Shown here: piece by piece, positions 63,696-64,000 of the stretch
Layout: each line of letters opens with the position of its first letter
Position numbering within the stretch: position 1 is the first letter of the stretch
Source: an uncultured delta proteobacterium
GTDB lineage: Bacteria > Myxococcota_A > Polyangia > Fen-1088
NCBI GenBank assembly: GCA_963767925.1
Contig: CAVYGB010000002.1
Coordinates: 544,001-608,000, forward strand
DNA: 64,000 bases
Direction of reading: 5' to 3'
Position numbers and translations under genes: made by a program
The notes under the pieces: generated by a model
The model's database searches: none
What the model was told of the DNA's origin: nothing
What the model saw: the letters and a program-made list of their open reading frames with translations, nothing else

Positions 63696-64000
63696 TCCTG
63701 CGAAGTCTAGCGACCATCCGACACGCCCGCAGCTTTCCTGCAACGTAAGTCCCCACTCCCCCCGACCCTAAGGCCCACCACGCTTCACGACGGCGCAAAT
63801 GGTGTGCCCAGGGAACGAGCCATGCTCTTAGAAGATAGGTCCTCCCTTCGGCTCGCGAGCGGGATTGGCCTTTGGTGGTCGCCGGGAAGAGGCCCGCTGC
63901 GCTTCGGAGGGAAAGGTCCCTCCCTGGGGCTCGCCGGGGCTTACAGCGCTTCGCGCTTGCCCCTCTGTCGGCGCTAGCAAGCTCGCGCAGACGCGAGCTG

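Noticed and set aside
63840..64000. Structured RNA or IS end at the window edge
   Set aside because: Several small palindromes, but the region is cut by the window boundary and matches nothing I can identify.

Overview
GC-rich bacterial DNA whose gene content suggests a myxobacterium (inference from Cys-rich and Pro/Gly-linker lipoproteins, a DUF1592/DUF1552 pair, CotH and an IF3 paralogue). Recognisable genes include metE/metR, a type 2 ileS, an S9 peptidase, an Stf0 sulfotransferase, a lactonase, an amidohydrolase, a metallophosphoesterase and a PIN/RHH toxin-antitoxin pair. The window is heavily scarred by IS remnants and short gene-fragment mosaics. The most interesting feature is a ~14 kb segment lying inside a split UvrD-family helicase gene and bounded by a 490 bp direct repeat. 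It carries a candidate undescribed secreted-peptide maturation cluster: a signal-peptide precursor with a 57 aa, 10-Cys core, two membrane-anchored hypotheticals, an SdpA/SdpB-like (HTTM) pair, a two-domain DsbA and four GT-C-type membrane glycosyltransferase-like genes. Also notable are three differently deleted copies of an IS1031-like (IS5 family) element carrying a four-helix-bundle passenger gene and a long hairpin, and an orphan 40 aa double-glycine leader peptide. Several single-base frameshifts may be sequencing errors. No rRNA, tRNA or CRISPR array was recognised. All family calls come from motif reading, not database searches.
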